Source: Octopus bimaculoides (taxonomy: Eukaryota). From it: a stretch of 56,973 nucleotides of DNA. The notes beneath the pieces were generated by a model that made no database searches, was not told the origin of the DNA, and saw only the letters and a list, made by a program, of their open reading frames with translations. A program made the translations under genes and the position numbers. Positions 25,421-39,003 of this stretch are shown in pieces. Position 1 is the first letter of the stretch. Each line of letters starts with the position of its first letter. Location: the NCBI RefSeq assembly GCF_001194135.2, contig NC_068997.1, positions 22,314,635 through 22,371,607 of the forward strand. Reading direction: 5' to 3'.

Positions 25421-26045
25421 TAAACGGTCTAATCAATAAGTACCCGGACTGTTGCCATATTAACAAAGCTAAAGCACGCAGAGTGGAACTGCTTCGAAAT
25501 GATTGACATTGAACTCTGCTGTGCATGCGCACTAAGTTTCAACGTTCTAGCTTACTTCCGTTGTTTACAGTATTGCTTGGAAGGAATGTGTCTAGCGTGC
25601 GATCGTCGCAGTGACCATGACAGAGAAAGTTGTCATGGCGATACCTGCTCAGAGGCCTTCGCAAAGTTTTAGAAAGTGTATGGAGAGGAGTGTATGAACC
25701 GCACGCAAGTGTACGAGTGGTTCAGATGTTTCCAAGATGGCTTCAAAAATGTCGATACTGACGAACGTTTTGGGAAATCTGCAAGCAACAAAACTGAGAA
25801 AAACATCACTGATGTGCGTGCAACTGTGAGGTGAAATCGTCGAATCACCAGCCGTACGTTATCAGAGGATGTGCTGATTAGTTGCGTTTAGTTCAGTCCA
25901 ATATCACTGAAGATTTGGGTATTAGGCGTGTGTCTGCCAAGTTTGTGCCAAAACTGCTTTCAGCTGACCAAAAAGAAACTCGTGTTTCAGTTGCACAAGT
26001 TCTCCTTGATTGTGTCGCGAACGAGGAAGTCTTTTTGAAAACTTT
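25421..26045 (+). mobile_element. Mariner element 5' half: TIR-like end plus N-terminal (HTH) transposase remnant, truncated
   Basis: Translation gives KVYGEECMNRTQVYEWFRCFQDG (VYEWF at 25709-25723), DTDER, ITEDLGIRRVSAKFVPKLLSADQKETRV (AKFVPKLL at 25936-25959, the WVPHEL-equivalent) and NEEVFLK. The left end taaacggtctaatcaataagtacccggact resembles a mariner TIR. The DDD domain and right TIR are absent. Confidence 0.88.
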
Positions 26046-26361
26046 GTGGGCTTTCTCACATTGTTCAAGTGCCTCCAACAATATCCCCAAATCGACCATA
26101 CACTTATGAGCGGATTTGATAGACGGAAACTGAAAGAAGCATAGATGTATGTATGTCTTAGACTCTCCTCTGTTTGACAAGACCGTTTTCCTAAACTTAG
26201 CGGATGGGTATAAAGAGATTATGTTTCAGAATTTAAAACTCAGAAATAAGCGCGACGTTGGCTTGATATGAGTAAATGCGTCTAGGCGGTGTCCCGGCAT
26301 ATTTGGATTCCAACAGATTTTTCCTTCTAGATTCTACTATAGGGACATGAAGTGGTTGCTA

Positions 26362-26520
26362 GCTAATTACATCGACCCCACTGGTCAACTGGTACTTATT
26401 TTATAGACCCCGATAGGATGATTAACCTCGGTGAAATTTAAGCTCAAAAAAAAAAAAACGCGAAGACGTACGAAATGCCGCAAAACACTTTTCTCCCGAG
26501 TGAAACGATTTTGCAAGTTC
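26362..26520 (-). mobile_element. SINE family A partial copy
   Basis: attacatcgacccc..aactggtacttattttat..gacccc..aacctcggtgaaattt. Confidence 0.75.
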
Positions 26521-26837
26521 AGTAAAAACTAGTCATGATACATATATATATACAAATACGTACACACACACACATACACACACACACACACATATATATA
26601 TATACGTGTGGGTGTGCGTGTATGAATGTATAGTTTTCCTTATCGCAGCTGCATCAATATTTTGCACTCAGTTACGTTCACAGCAGTTAACAGTATCTAT
26701 ATCACATATACGTTTTTATGATCTTTTGTGTTTTTTCTACACCCTTTTATTTTTTACTTTCGTACATTTAAAAAAAATATTTTTCTTAGTTTCCCACTCA
26801 TTTCTTTCGTACATTTATTTCATGTTATCTCCAGCAT

Positions 26838-26910
<73 letters not shown>

Positions 26911-28488
26911 TGGTGGTGGTGGTGGTGGTGGTGGTGGTCTGATGAATATTATCATATCGCATTGCTTCTTGGTCTTAACAGGCAATATGGAGATGCAAGC
27001 TTGAAACGGTGCGTAACAACAATCACTGACACAGGCGACATCTGTTGCTTATTCTCCATTATAGTCAGGAGTGTTTAAGAGGCACTTCGTATGCATTGAC
27101 TACGGAATATGAGGACTATCATATACTTGAACTGTAAGAGAATAAGCGTATTTACGAAAATACTCTTCCTTCTTTTGTTGCCGCTCATTTTGTCTCTTTC
27201 ACACTACCTCTGCTTCCGTCTGTCTCTCTCTGTCTGTCTGTCTCACTGTATCGGTTCTCATTTTGACGAATCACAAGTTTCAGGGGACGTAAAGAAACCA
27301 ACACCGGTTAACAAGCGGTGGTGGTGGAGAAACACGGTGGAAAAGACACACACAGATACGTACAAACATATAGACGTATGCATATTTAAAAAGAACAGCA
27401 AGAGGGGTGCAGTGAACCTGCTGTGTGGAGTGGAATATCTAACGTTTCGGATGCAATCCTTTGTCAGCGGGTAGAGAAAAAGAGATGAAAAAAAGAGAAA
27501 GTCAAACAGAGTTTACATCCTCTCAGCAAGTACATATATATATATATATANNNNNNNNNNNNNNNNNNNNNNNNNNNNNNNNNNNNNNNNNNNNNNNNNN
27601 NNNNNNNNNNNNNNNNNNNNNNNNNNNNNNNNNNNNNNNNNNNNNNNNNNNNNNNNNNNNNNNNNNNNNNNNNNNNNNNNNNNNNNNNNNNNNNNNNNNN
27701 NNNNNNNNNNNNNNNNNNNNNNNNNNNNNNNNNNNNNNNNNNNNNNNNNNNNNNNNNNNNNNNNNNNNNNNNNNNNNNNNNNNNNNNNNNNNNNNNNNNN
27801 NNNNNNNNNNNNNNNNNNNNNNNNNNNNNNNNNNNNNNNNNNNNNNNNNNNNNNNNNNNNNNNNNNNNNNNNNNNNNNNNNNNNNNNNNNNNNNNNNNNN
27901 NNNNNNNNNNNNNNNNNNNNNNNNNNNNNNNNNNNNNNNNNNNNNNNNNNNNNNNNNNNNNNNNNNNNNNNNNNNNNNNNNNNNNNNNNNNNNNNNNNNN
28001 NNNNNNNNNNNNNNNNNNNNNNNNNNNNNNNNNNNNNNNNNNNNNNNNNNNNNNNNNNNNNNNNNNNNNNNNNNNNNNNNNNNNNNNNNNNNNNNNNNNN
28101 NNNNNNNNNNNNNNNNNNNNNNNNNNNNNNNNNNNNNNNNNNNNNNNNNNNNNNNNNNNNNNNNNNNNNNNNNNNNNNNNNNNNNNNNNNNNNNNNNNNN
28201 NNNNNNNNNNNNNNNNNNNNNNNNNNNNNNNNNNNNNNNNNNNNNNNNNNNNNNNNNNNNNNNNNNNNNNNNNNNNNNNNNNNNNNNNNNNNNNNNNNNN
28301 NNNNNNNNNNNNNNNNNNNNNNNNNNNNNNNNNNNNNNNNNNNNNNNNNNNNNNNNNNNNNNNNNNNNNNNNNNNNNNNNNNNNNNNNNNNNNNNNNNNN
28401 NNNNNNNNNNNNNNNNNNNNNTATATATATATATCACGATTATCTTCATCAGCATTATCTTCAACACCACCATCATCATCATTAATGT

Positions 28489-28547
<59 letters not shown>

Positions 28548-28709
28548 AGATAATGGTAGCTGTAATGAGCATTATGGTTTTACATTAGCGTTGATGTAAG
28601 AGCGTCGCATTATAGCATTTCTGTTTCTTTGTGTATGTGAGTGTGCCTGTGTGTGCGTTTGTGTGTGGTATGTGTCTGTGTGTGTGCGTGTGCGTGTGTG
28701 TGTGTGTGG

Positions 28710-28753
<44 letters not shown>

Positions 28754-30640
28754 AAACGCGTGCTTATGTCTGTGTATGCATTTGTGTATTCGTATATGTG
28801 AGTCTATGTGTGTGTATATGTGTCTCTGTATGCATTTACCGTTGTGTGAGCTTGTGTTGTGTTTGCCAGGAAAGCAAATATGTCTAGAAATGATTAATTG
28901 ATATGATTACTCATTGACGCTTGCTAAATTTTGGGTAACGATTTCATATAATAACAATTGAATATGAAAAGACAAAAATTTTTCAGTGAATGGATGTAGG
29001 CACCGTATAAATGAAGATAATCTACAAAGAAGCACATAGAAATACACATAAGACATACACAATATGAAAAAAACAAAACAAAAAAAAACTCATGGTATCA
29101 ACACAGCGGCATACAAAATTGTATAGGTATATATGCATTTACCGGTACGAACATATATATATATATATATANNNNNNNNNNNNNNNNNNNNNNNNNNNNN
29201 NNNNNNNNNNNNNNNNNNNNNNNNNNNNNNNNNNNNNNNNNNNNNNNNNNNNNNNNNNNNNNNNNNNNNNNNNNNNNNNNNNNNNNNNNNNNNNNNNNNN
29301 NNNNNNNNNNNNNNNNNNNNNNNNNNNNNNNNNNNNNNNNNNNNNNNNNNNNNNNNNNNNNNNNNNNNNNNNNNNNNNNNNNNNNNNNNNNNNNNNNNNN
29401 NNNNNNNNNNNNNNNNNNNNNNNNNNNNNNNNNNNNNNNNNNNNNNNNNNNNNNNNNNNNNNNNNNNNNNNNNNNNNNNNNNNNNNNNNNNNNNNNNNNN
29501 NNNNNNNNNNNNNNNNNNNNNNNNNNNNNNNNNNNNNNNNNNNNNNNNNNNNNNNNNNNNNNNNNNNNNNNNNNNNNNNNNNNNNNNNNNNNNNNNNNNN
29601 NNNNNNNNNNNNNNNNNNNNNNNNNNNNNNNNNNNNNNNNNNNNNNNNNNNNNNNNNNNNNNNNNNNNNNNNNNNNNNNNNNNNNNNNNNNNNNNNNNNN
29701 NNNNNNNNNNNNNNNNNNNNNNNNNNNNNNNNNNNNNNNNNNNNNNNNNNNNNNNNNNNNNNNNNNNNNNNNNNNNNNNNNNNNNNNNNNNNNNNNNNNN
29801 NNNNNNNNNNNNNNNNNNNNNNNNNNNNNNNNNNNNNNNNNNNNNNNNNNNNNNNNNNNNNNNNNNNNNNNNNNNNNNNNNNNNNNNNNNNNNNNNNNNN
29901 NNNNNNNNNNNNNNNNNNNNNNNNNNNNNNNNNNNNNNNNNNNNNNNNNNNNNNNNNNNNNNNNNNNNNNNNNNNNNNNNNNNNNNNNNNNNNNNNNNNN
30001 NNNNNNNNNNNNNNNNNNNNNNNNNNNNNNNNNNNNNNNNNNNNNNNNNNNNNNTATATATATATATATATATGCATGATACATACATACATATCACCTC
30101 TATCATTTTCGGAAGCAATGGAACGTAAGGAGCCATTCAACATTAGCACCGGATATACCATAATTTTATGGCAGACAGAAATTTGAACACTGATTCATAC
30201 ACGGTAGATTGTGCATTGTGCAAGATTGAATACGTCCGCTATATTACCAAGTATGGATGGTAGAATATTGCCAAAGGTTTTTACATGATTAGACATACAA
30301 TTGAACAGAGACAAATACACATATACACATTCATGCACATATATATATAAGTATATATATATATATATATTTATGTGTGTATGCAGAGATTTGTTAATAT
30401 TTGTATATATATACACACATACACACATACATGCATACATACATACATACATCAATTCACACGCGCCTGTGTCACCACGTTTTTGAGCATGTATGCGTAC
30501 TTGCGAGTGTACATCTTTATATAACCTGTGTTATTTGCGATGTGAATGCGTTTGTGGAACTCTTACAATTTGTGTGTGTTTGTGTATGTTATTGTCATTT
30601 GAGACAAGAGGCAAGTAATTCCATTCCTTTGCATGAAGAA

Positions 30641-30690
<50 letters not shown>

Positions 30691-32671
30691 TATATTATGT
30701 ATATATTATTCATTATTACATATTACATATATGTATATATACATATACGTATACATAAATCCACATATATATATTTATATCTGTACATACGTTCTTCTCT
30801 ACGTTCGTATATACGTATATATGCTCAAGTTTGTTGTTATGTATATGTATATATGTAAGGATATATACATATATATGTACGTATGTGTGTGTATGTATGC
30901 CTATATATATATAGATATATATATATATATATTCACGTATGCATGTATGTAAGTTGAAGTCATTATTCCCGATTAGTAATGAATCTAGTTTTCATTTATA
31001 GGTAGTATTTGACTAGCTTCCTGTATTTTATCTCATCAGTTTTATGTGCAACCTTTCTGATCATTATTACGTCATGTGGATATGATGATTCGACCATCTT
31101 GAAATATCTATAATAATAAAATATCTCGCTACACACATACGTACATATGTACAAACGCAAGTACAAACACATAATCACAAAATCAAGCACTCTCAGTAGC
31201 CCCACTACCAGCACCAACACCAACAAGAACAAGAAGAAATAGAAGAAGACGGATGATAACATTACGAGACGGTTTTAACAACCATCTCACCCAACACTCG
31301 GAAAAATCACACGAAACTTTGGTCCCGAGTTTTAAGTGGTTTAGTTTAGTTTAGTTCAAGATACGGACGCTAAAAATGAGTTGTGCAAGACATATTAAAT
31401 TCAAATTCTTATTCAGAGAAATTATTTCTTAAAGCATGTGCTCTCTTCTTGATGCCTTTTGTAACGGAAGTTTGGAAGGATGGGAGGTGCGAAGTAATGG
31501 GAAAATGATCTTTATATTGGCACACAGAGAGAACGAAAGTGTATTGTAATGTTGTAATTCGACAACAATATTTCGCACCGGTGAATGGGCATAGCTTTCA
31601 AAGAAACCATTAATAAGTGCCGTATATATATATGCGTATGTATATATATATGTAGGTGTGTATGTGTTGATGCGTGCATATATATATATATTGGTGAATA
31701 TATATGCACGCATATGCGTATATATAAACTACACACATGGATATGTGTGTGTTCTTATGTATCTCTACATATGTGTATATGATGTCCGTATTCCTATTAA
31801 ACTATATATATACATACAAATATATATCATATATATACATATATACTTTATATATATATATACACACACATACATATATATATAGCTTTGTGTCCCATTA
31901 TATATATGTATGTGTGCCTATATGTATGTATTTTTATATATATGTATATATATATAAATATATACATATGCATACATATATACATGCATATATACATATA
32001 TACACACATTGATATGTATATGAATATGTATGTACTTATGTTTGTAAGCATATAAGCATTACAGATATACACGGACACCCACTCACACACAAAGGCACAT
32101 ACATACACATACACGGAGATGAAGTAAGGAGGGTGAACATGATACCATAACACATAACATAACACTATATACATTAGATTTTAAGGTGAAAATACAAATT
32201 GAATAAAAACATTGGATAGTTTTCTCCAACTTCTGTCTTTATTGAAGCTATAATTATTTAGTTATTCAAATAAATATTATTTTAAAGAAACATTCTCAGT
32301 AGTAATGGATTTTAACGGACGAAAGCTTTTCTTATAAGTTTTTATATTTCATATCAATATATACGTAGGTAGTATTTTAAAATATTGACAAAGATAGAAA
32401 TTTCAATATATGCGATATAAGGGTATCAATGTGCTTCCATATGTGTGGGTTAGTTTGTTTGTGTGCGTGTGTGTATGTGTGTATAGAGATACACATGCTC
32501 GCATATACGTATGTGAATTAAACATAAAATATACATACATAGCAATGCGCTGTGTATTTATATGTGTTTGTGCTTAAGTCCAACTAAATTTAAGATATTT
32601 GCTAGTCTCTCCAATATTTTTTCTACGTCTTGGTACAAAGATGCATATTTATATATATACACATGTACATA

Positions 32672-32713
<42 letters not shown>

Positions 32714-33099
32714 TATATATTATAGATATATATTACTTTTAATATGGATATTATTGAGAGTGACTTCGGAGTTTAGGTAAGCTAGCCCATCATCCAGCAA
32801 TCCTCGAAGACACTGTCAATGATATTCTTGTTAAAGAACAGGGAACATGTGTTCTATCAACTCTGTTAAGTAGTAAGTGGTTATACATTCGCTAGACTCC
32901 ATCTTTTCATAGTTGTCCTTGCCTTCGAAACGCGGAGTAGATGGAACAGGGACAACTGATGAAGGGAAATATTCTTTATGTTGCATGTCTCGTTTCTCTG
33001 TTTTATTTTTCGTCGTTCCAAAAAAATTTCGCTTTCTGTTTTCGCTTCTCATTGTGTTTAACGTTTTTTTTTTTTTTTGTGATGTCCTGTACCCAACAT

Positions 33100-33625
33100 A
33101 TGAAAGAAGTCTAAGGACAATAGAAATCAGGAGAGGCATCTTTCAAGGGAGCTGCCTGTCTCATGATACTACTAACACTGTTACTGAGGAAAACAAAGGT
33201 TGGGTATGTATTCAAGTGCAGCCAACAAATATCAACCACTTGTTATTCATGGATGACCTCAAACTTTATGTTAAAATGAATCCCAAGTCAGTTCCCTCAT
33301 TGATAAGGTGTATACTTTCAGTGCTGATATCAGAATGGAATACGGACTGAAAAAGTGTGGTGTCCTATTCTTGAAGAGAGGCAAAATTAAATGTATGGGC
33401 GAGATAGCGATATCGTCGGGAGAGGTTATGAAGCAAATAGAAGAGATAGGCTATGAGTACTTGGGGATATCGTAAATGGATAAATTGAGGGAGAAAGAAA
33501 TAATACAAAAATTTAAGGTGGAACACTTGCGCAGACTGAGATTGATCCTTAAGTTGAAATTAAACGGACGCAATAATATTGAAGCTATTAACAACTTGGC
33601 GGTTTCACGCCTTAGATATCGAGCG
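33100..33625 (+). mobile_element. R4/Dong-type non-LTR retrotransposon RT fragment (subfamily 1)
   Basis: Translation across frameshifts gives IRRGIFQG (33126-33149), INHLLFMDDLKLY (FMDD at 33246-33257), DIRMEYGLKKCGVLFLKRGK, GYEYLG and KLNGRNNIEAINNLAVSRLRY. Confidence 0.9.
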
Positions 33626-35005
33626 TTGTATTAAGGGACGTTTCAAGGCCTGTTATCACTGATTTGAAGGATTGTCCGAGCTGTATCAGGCTTCTTCTAC
33701 CTATTTTCTCCAGAGATAAATCTTGTGTACATCTGATTTTGGATGGTGCATTCGGTACCTTGAAAGGATTATACCGATGTTTCCATATTATTCTGGTCGA
33801 TTGGAGTTTATTTTTTGTTGTCAGTTTGTATTGGAATGTTCCAAAGGATTGTGACGCCCTCGCGATTTACTACATCCTCTGGATGGTGACTGTACCACTT
33901 ACCATGAGATTTAATTTTGTAGTTTTTACAAGCATTCCAGTGGATGTACTGCCCTCGTCTGTCAGGTCTTATGAGATACTCCTTTTCAGTGAGGACTGGG
34001 CAGCCAGAAACAACACTATCAATTGCCTCTGTGAATCTTCTGCAAATTCTGCACGAGGGGTCAGATCCATATTTCAGGCCGTTTGCATGGTAGTTTCTAG
34101 TAGGTAAGCTCTGATCTTGCGCTGCAATAACAAAACCTTCTGTTTCCCCTTCCAGACTTGTCCCTTGTAGCTGTTAATTTGTTAGGCGCTTAGGGTGTTT
34201 TCCATGCAGGAGTTTGCCTCTCTAGTTGTCTTCAATATTGTCTTCATGCAAGCCTTCTTTGCTTTTTAATTAATATTTTTGCATCAGTGATAGGTTTGTC
34301 GCTAATTGGACCTCGTTGGTCTTTCTGATTGTTAATTTCTAAATCGGGAGAAGCAATGGTAGGGCTGTCAGTATCAGGGTGTCTTTGGTCATTCTTATTG
34401 TTAACTTGTAGGCGAAGAGACTTTTTTAATTCCTTAGTAAGCTTCATGCCTGAAGCTTGTTTGGAATCTTCATGCACTTCGTAAGAGCACATCATTTGTT
34501 GTATTAAGGCACTTTTCAAGGCCTATTATTGTTGATTTGAAGGATTGTCCGAGCTGTATCAGACTTCTTCCACCTATTTTCTCCAAAGATAAATCTTGTG
34601 TACATCTGATTTTGGATGGTGCAGTCGGCAGCATGAAAGGATTTTACGGATCTTTCCATCCATATTCTACATATCAGTGAGACTCCACTTAATAATACCG
34701 ATGCTAAATGTGGTTACTGGTTTGGCCAAATAATTGATCGCATTAATTCTGTCAGGAGCATTTAATTCTGAGTTTAGGACCATTCTTACCCATTCTTTGC
34801 AGATTTTCTCTTTCATTTTAGAGTGCTAGATAATATCACCTTCATTGGTTCCCAGATATTTGTATACTTTGGATTGGTCTGCGTTTCGAATACCTGTGGT
34901 AGTATCAAGTTGTATATCTTCTGCTTTTATGAACTTCCTTGCCTTCAAAGTAGCACTTGCACATTTATCAAGTCCGAATTCTAGACATATCCAACTATAT
35001 CCAAG
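33626..35005 (-). mobile_element. R4/Dong-type non-LTR retrotransposon fragment (subfamily 2): RT C-terminus, zinc knuckle, start of RLE domain, plus a 161-bp duplicated segment
   Basis: Minus-strand motifs are EFGLDKCASATLK, YKYLG, ELNAPDRINAIN, LHHPKSDV, ETEGFVIAAQDQSLPTRNY, CRIC (34042-34053)..VSGCPVL, GQYIHW and TILWNIPIQTD. It has many stops. Confidence 0.9.
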
Positions 35006-35029
35006 CTGATTTTCTCGTCGATGTCTTCG

Positions 35030-35056
35030 TTATTGTTGTTGTTGCTGTTGTTATTG

Positions 35057-35088
<32 letters not shown>

Positions 35089-35163
35089 CTTCTTCTTCTT
35101 CTTCTTCTTCTTCTTCTTCTTCTTCTTCTTCTTCTTCTTCCTCCTCCTCCTCCCCCTCCTCCT
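35030..35163. repeat. Compound (TTG)-(TTC)n-(CTC)n microsatellite
   Basis: Read directly; the pure (TTC)n part is at 35059-35140. Confidence 0.95.
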
Positions 35164-35530
35164 GCCGTGCAGTTATTTGTCCTTGCCTTTTGCTCACTGA
35201 GATAAGATTCTGAGGTGCCCAACATAATCTTTCACCTTGTTTAGCAAGACCGTGTGCTTTGAAATTTGGGGTGCTTTTAGCAGTGTTTCACAGATCATGG
35301 GTTGGGGGTGGGGTTCATGGCTAATGGTCATGTTACTACTTTCCATCTTTCATAAAATATTTCTAAAATATGATCGTACAGAAACCTCGCCAATATTTGT
35401 ACTTAAGTGGTTTGTAAACAACATGACAAAAAGTTAAGCGAGGAAGAGAGAGAGGGAAGTAATAGTGGAAGAGAGAGAGAAAGAGTCATAGAAAGAGACG
35501 GAGAGGGTGAGATTAAGAGACACATAGAAT

Positions 35531-35649
<119 letters not shown>

Positions 35650-35776
35650 CGAACGTGTGTTTAAAATATGGAGAAGAGAGAAGATAGATTAAAGATCGAA
35701 GAAAGATACATATAAAGGAAAGAGGCGGACAAATTTATCAAGGTTAAGGAGCAATGTTATCGAATGATATGAGGAA

Positions 35777-35838
<62 letters not shown>

Positions 35839-35944
35839 TGTGAACGTGACCGTCGTAAAAAATTAAATGCATGGTAGATGTGACGGGAAAGGAAAGGTTT
35901 AGGAAACATAATCCACAAGAATATAAGTTAGGAAGTAAAACAAT

Positions 35945-35980
<36 letters not shown>

Positions 35981-36013
35981 GTGTTTAGGTTTATGATACT
36001 GATGATTGCGGTA

Positions 36014-36066
<53 letters not shown>

Positions 36067-37034
36067 ATCACTTGGTCGACGTTCAGAACGGACATTCGCA
36101 AAACAGAAGCAAATTTAGAACTACCCAACTGAATGTAATGCAGTTAGAACACACGGTGGTCATTGTGGTGGTGGGGAGGATGGTGGTGGGCAGGATGGTG
36201 GTGGTGGTGGTGGTAGGAGTGATGTTGGGGATATGTATGGAATTAAACGGTCAAAGAAATTGGTAGCAAATTTATCTAATTTCGGCCAAAAAGTAATTAC
36301 GTAAAATGCCATTAGAATAACAAATGAAAATTGAAGAAAGGGGAAAAGGTTAAATGAATAAAAGACTGAACTAACGAAAGAAAACAAACGAAGAAGGATG
36401 AAAGCAAAACGAAAATTAAGGAAGAATGAAAATAAGAAGAAATGAACAACGAAAGAAAGAACTCAATTAAAGAACATCGAAATTTAGAAAGAAGAAACGC
36501 ATTCAAAGGAGAACGAAAACAAAGAAAGAAATGAAGAAAGAAAGAAAGGAAGGAAGAAAGAAAGAGAGAAAGAAAGAAAGAAAGAAAGAAAGAATGAAAG
36601 AAAAAAGAAAATGCACAATAAAAAGACAAAGAAAAACAGTTTTCGAGAAACATCACAAAAATAAATAAATATAAGATGAAAGAAACCTAGATAGAAGGAA
36701 GGAAAGTATGAATGAAAGAAGGGGTGAAGGAAAGACGGGAAAGCAGTAATAGCGCAAGAATGAAAACAAAAATGGGAATTCGTGAGAAAACTGGAGAAAG
36801 AAAACAAAAACAAAGAAGGTAAGTAACTGAGATAGAATTCGGCTTTTGAAAGAAGAAATGTGAATCTGGGTTTCAGGAGGTCAGAAGTGCCAGAGATAGG
36901 CTGGAAGAGTTACTTTAGAAAGAAGTTTCGAGAACGCATCGCAGTCTCCGTAAACTTTTGCACCTGTCTACAAAGAAATGGGCGGATATCAGGAAGTAAT
37001 TTTATAACTCCTACTGAGAAAACTGACCAAATAA

Positions 37035-37045
37035 CAATAACAACT

Positions 37046-37081
<36 letters not shown>

Positions 37082-37090
37082 ATGATGTTG

Positions 37091-37152
<62 letters not shown>

Positions 37153-37222
37153 AAAAAGAAGAAGAAGAAGAAGAAGAAGAAGAAGAAGAAGAAGAAGAAG
37201 AAGGAGAAGAAGAAGAAGAAGA
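37035..37222. repeat. Compound (GAT)n-(AAT)n-(AAG)n microsatellite
   Basis: Read directly from the sequence. Confidence 0.95.
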
Positions 37223-37292
37223 ATATTAGTAACAGGAAACAGGAAATTGAAATAAAAAATTAAAAACAAAAAAGGAAAATTGCTTTCAAAAG

Positions 37293-37452
37293 GGCGAGGG
37301 TGTGTCTGTATGGTTCAGAAGCCTGCTTTATAACCAGGCGGTTTCGGGTTCAGTCTCACAACACACCACCTTCGTCAACTGTCTTCGGCAAATGTCACAT
37401 ATATCTTTTGAATAAATTTGGTTGACGGAAACTGTTGAAGCAAGTCGTATAT
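37293..37452 (+). mobile_element. SINE family B, diverged short form
   Basis: gaagcctgctt..ggtttcgggttcagtc..atttggttgacggaaactg..gtcgtatata. Confidence 0.7.
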
Positions 37453-38125
37453 ATAACAGAATCTCTCATACGAACTCAAAAAAGCACATGGATATCTTAA
37501 GCAGACGGGAATCTTCTGGTATTGATGCTGGAACTGCCAGATCACGTAATATCAGTATATTACGCTTCTTCAGTGACAGACGTGTGCTAACGATATATAT
37601 GTGTTCTGAGCACTGCGCGTCAGTAGACGAGTTTCTCAGGAAGAATACTGCTGTATTCAGCGTTTTAACAATGCATCCATATTCAGTAGGATCTTTTTAA
37701 TAATGATTCCGCTGTGTGTGTTCTCTATATCAAGGCCAAGTGGGGTGATGGAGACTGGCAGAGAGTGAGGTTCGCAATTCTATAAAATTTTCTAATGGTT
37801 CCATTAGAATGAATTCATTTGTTACAAAAGATGCAAGGATGTTCAAGTATTGAAAAGGTTCCCTCATAGTGCTGCACCATCAGAGATCATTTTGGGCTAA
37901 TTAGCAACAAAAACAACATCAGCAACCACAACAAACACCAACAACAATATGATGCACTAAATGCGTATCATATCAATTATGTATGAAGTATAATTTAATA
38001 TCTTTCTACTGCTCTCAACTACAAGCACTGTAGTAACAAATGCTATTTGGAAAGGCATGAATGTCAGACCCTCTCCATTTTCTATGTAATCTAAAACGTA
38101 TGGCAATATTTTAGATAGATTTTTA

Positions 38126-38326
38126 AGGCGGCGAGCTAGCAGAATCCTTACTTAGCGGTATTTTGTCCATCTTTACTTTCTCACTGCAAATTCCGTCAAG
38201 GCCGACTTTGCTTTTCATTATTTCGGGGTCGAGGAAGCAAGTCCCAGTTGAACATTGCAGTTCATATAGTCAACTTACATCCATCCTTCAAATTGCGGGC
38301 CTTGTGCCCAAATTTTGAAACTAATA
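38126..38326 (+). mobile_element. SINE family A copy
   Basis: aaggcggcgagctagcagaatc..cttagcggtatt..gccgactttgc..ttcggggtcga..ccttgtgcccaaattttgaaac. Confidence 0.85.
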
Positions 38327-38603
38327 AATTAGATATACTTTTCCTGTGAACATATTAAGTTTCCAGTTCGATGCGGTAGAGAAATTTATGGCAAATATTA
38401 ATTTCTGCATTAATTACCTACAGTCATATTAATTTGTTTATTGCATATATCTTTTGATAAAGAACACAATTTACAAGTAGGATCATCTATATGGTAAATA
38501 AACAATTCGATTTGGACAACTTCATTTCTTTCAACGCACATGTATATGTATGTATGTAAGTATGTATGTGTGTGTGTGTGTGTATATACAAACATACATA
38601 CAG

Positions 38604-38639
<36 letters not shown>

Positions 38640-38925
38640 NNNNNNNNNNNNNNNNNNNNNNNNNNNNNNNNNNNNNNNNNNNNNNNNNNNNNNNNNNNNN
38701 NNNNNNNNNNNNNNNNNNNNNNNNNNNNNNNNNNNNNNNNNNNNNNNNNNNNNNNNNNNNNNNNNNNNNNNNNNNNNNNNNNNNNNNNNNNNNNNNNNNN
38801 NNNNNNNNNNNNNNNNNNNNNNNNNNNNNNNNNNNNNNNNNNNNNNNNNNNNNNNNNNNNNNNNNNNNNNNNNNNNNNNNNNNNNNNNNNNNNNNNNNNN
38901 NNNNNNNNNNNNNNNNNNNNNNNNN

Positions 38926-39003
<78 letters not shown>

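Noticed and set aside
7072-26045. Idea that the mariner C-terminal (7072) and N-terminal (25421) fragments are one split element
   Set aside because: They are in the wrong order for their shared orientation and 18 kb apart, so independent remnants are the simpler explanation.
30996-31130. Minus-strand frame YFKMVESSYPHDVIMIRKVAHKTDEIKYRKLVKYYL* after an acceptor-like site
   Set aside because: No recognisable homology and no partner exons, so it is within chance for AT-rich DNA.
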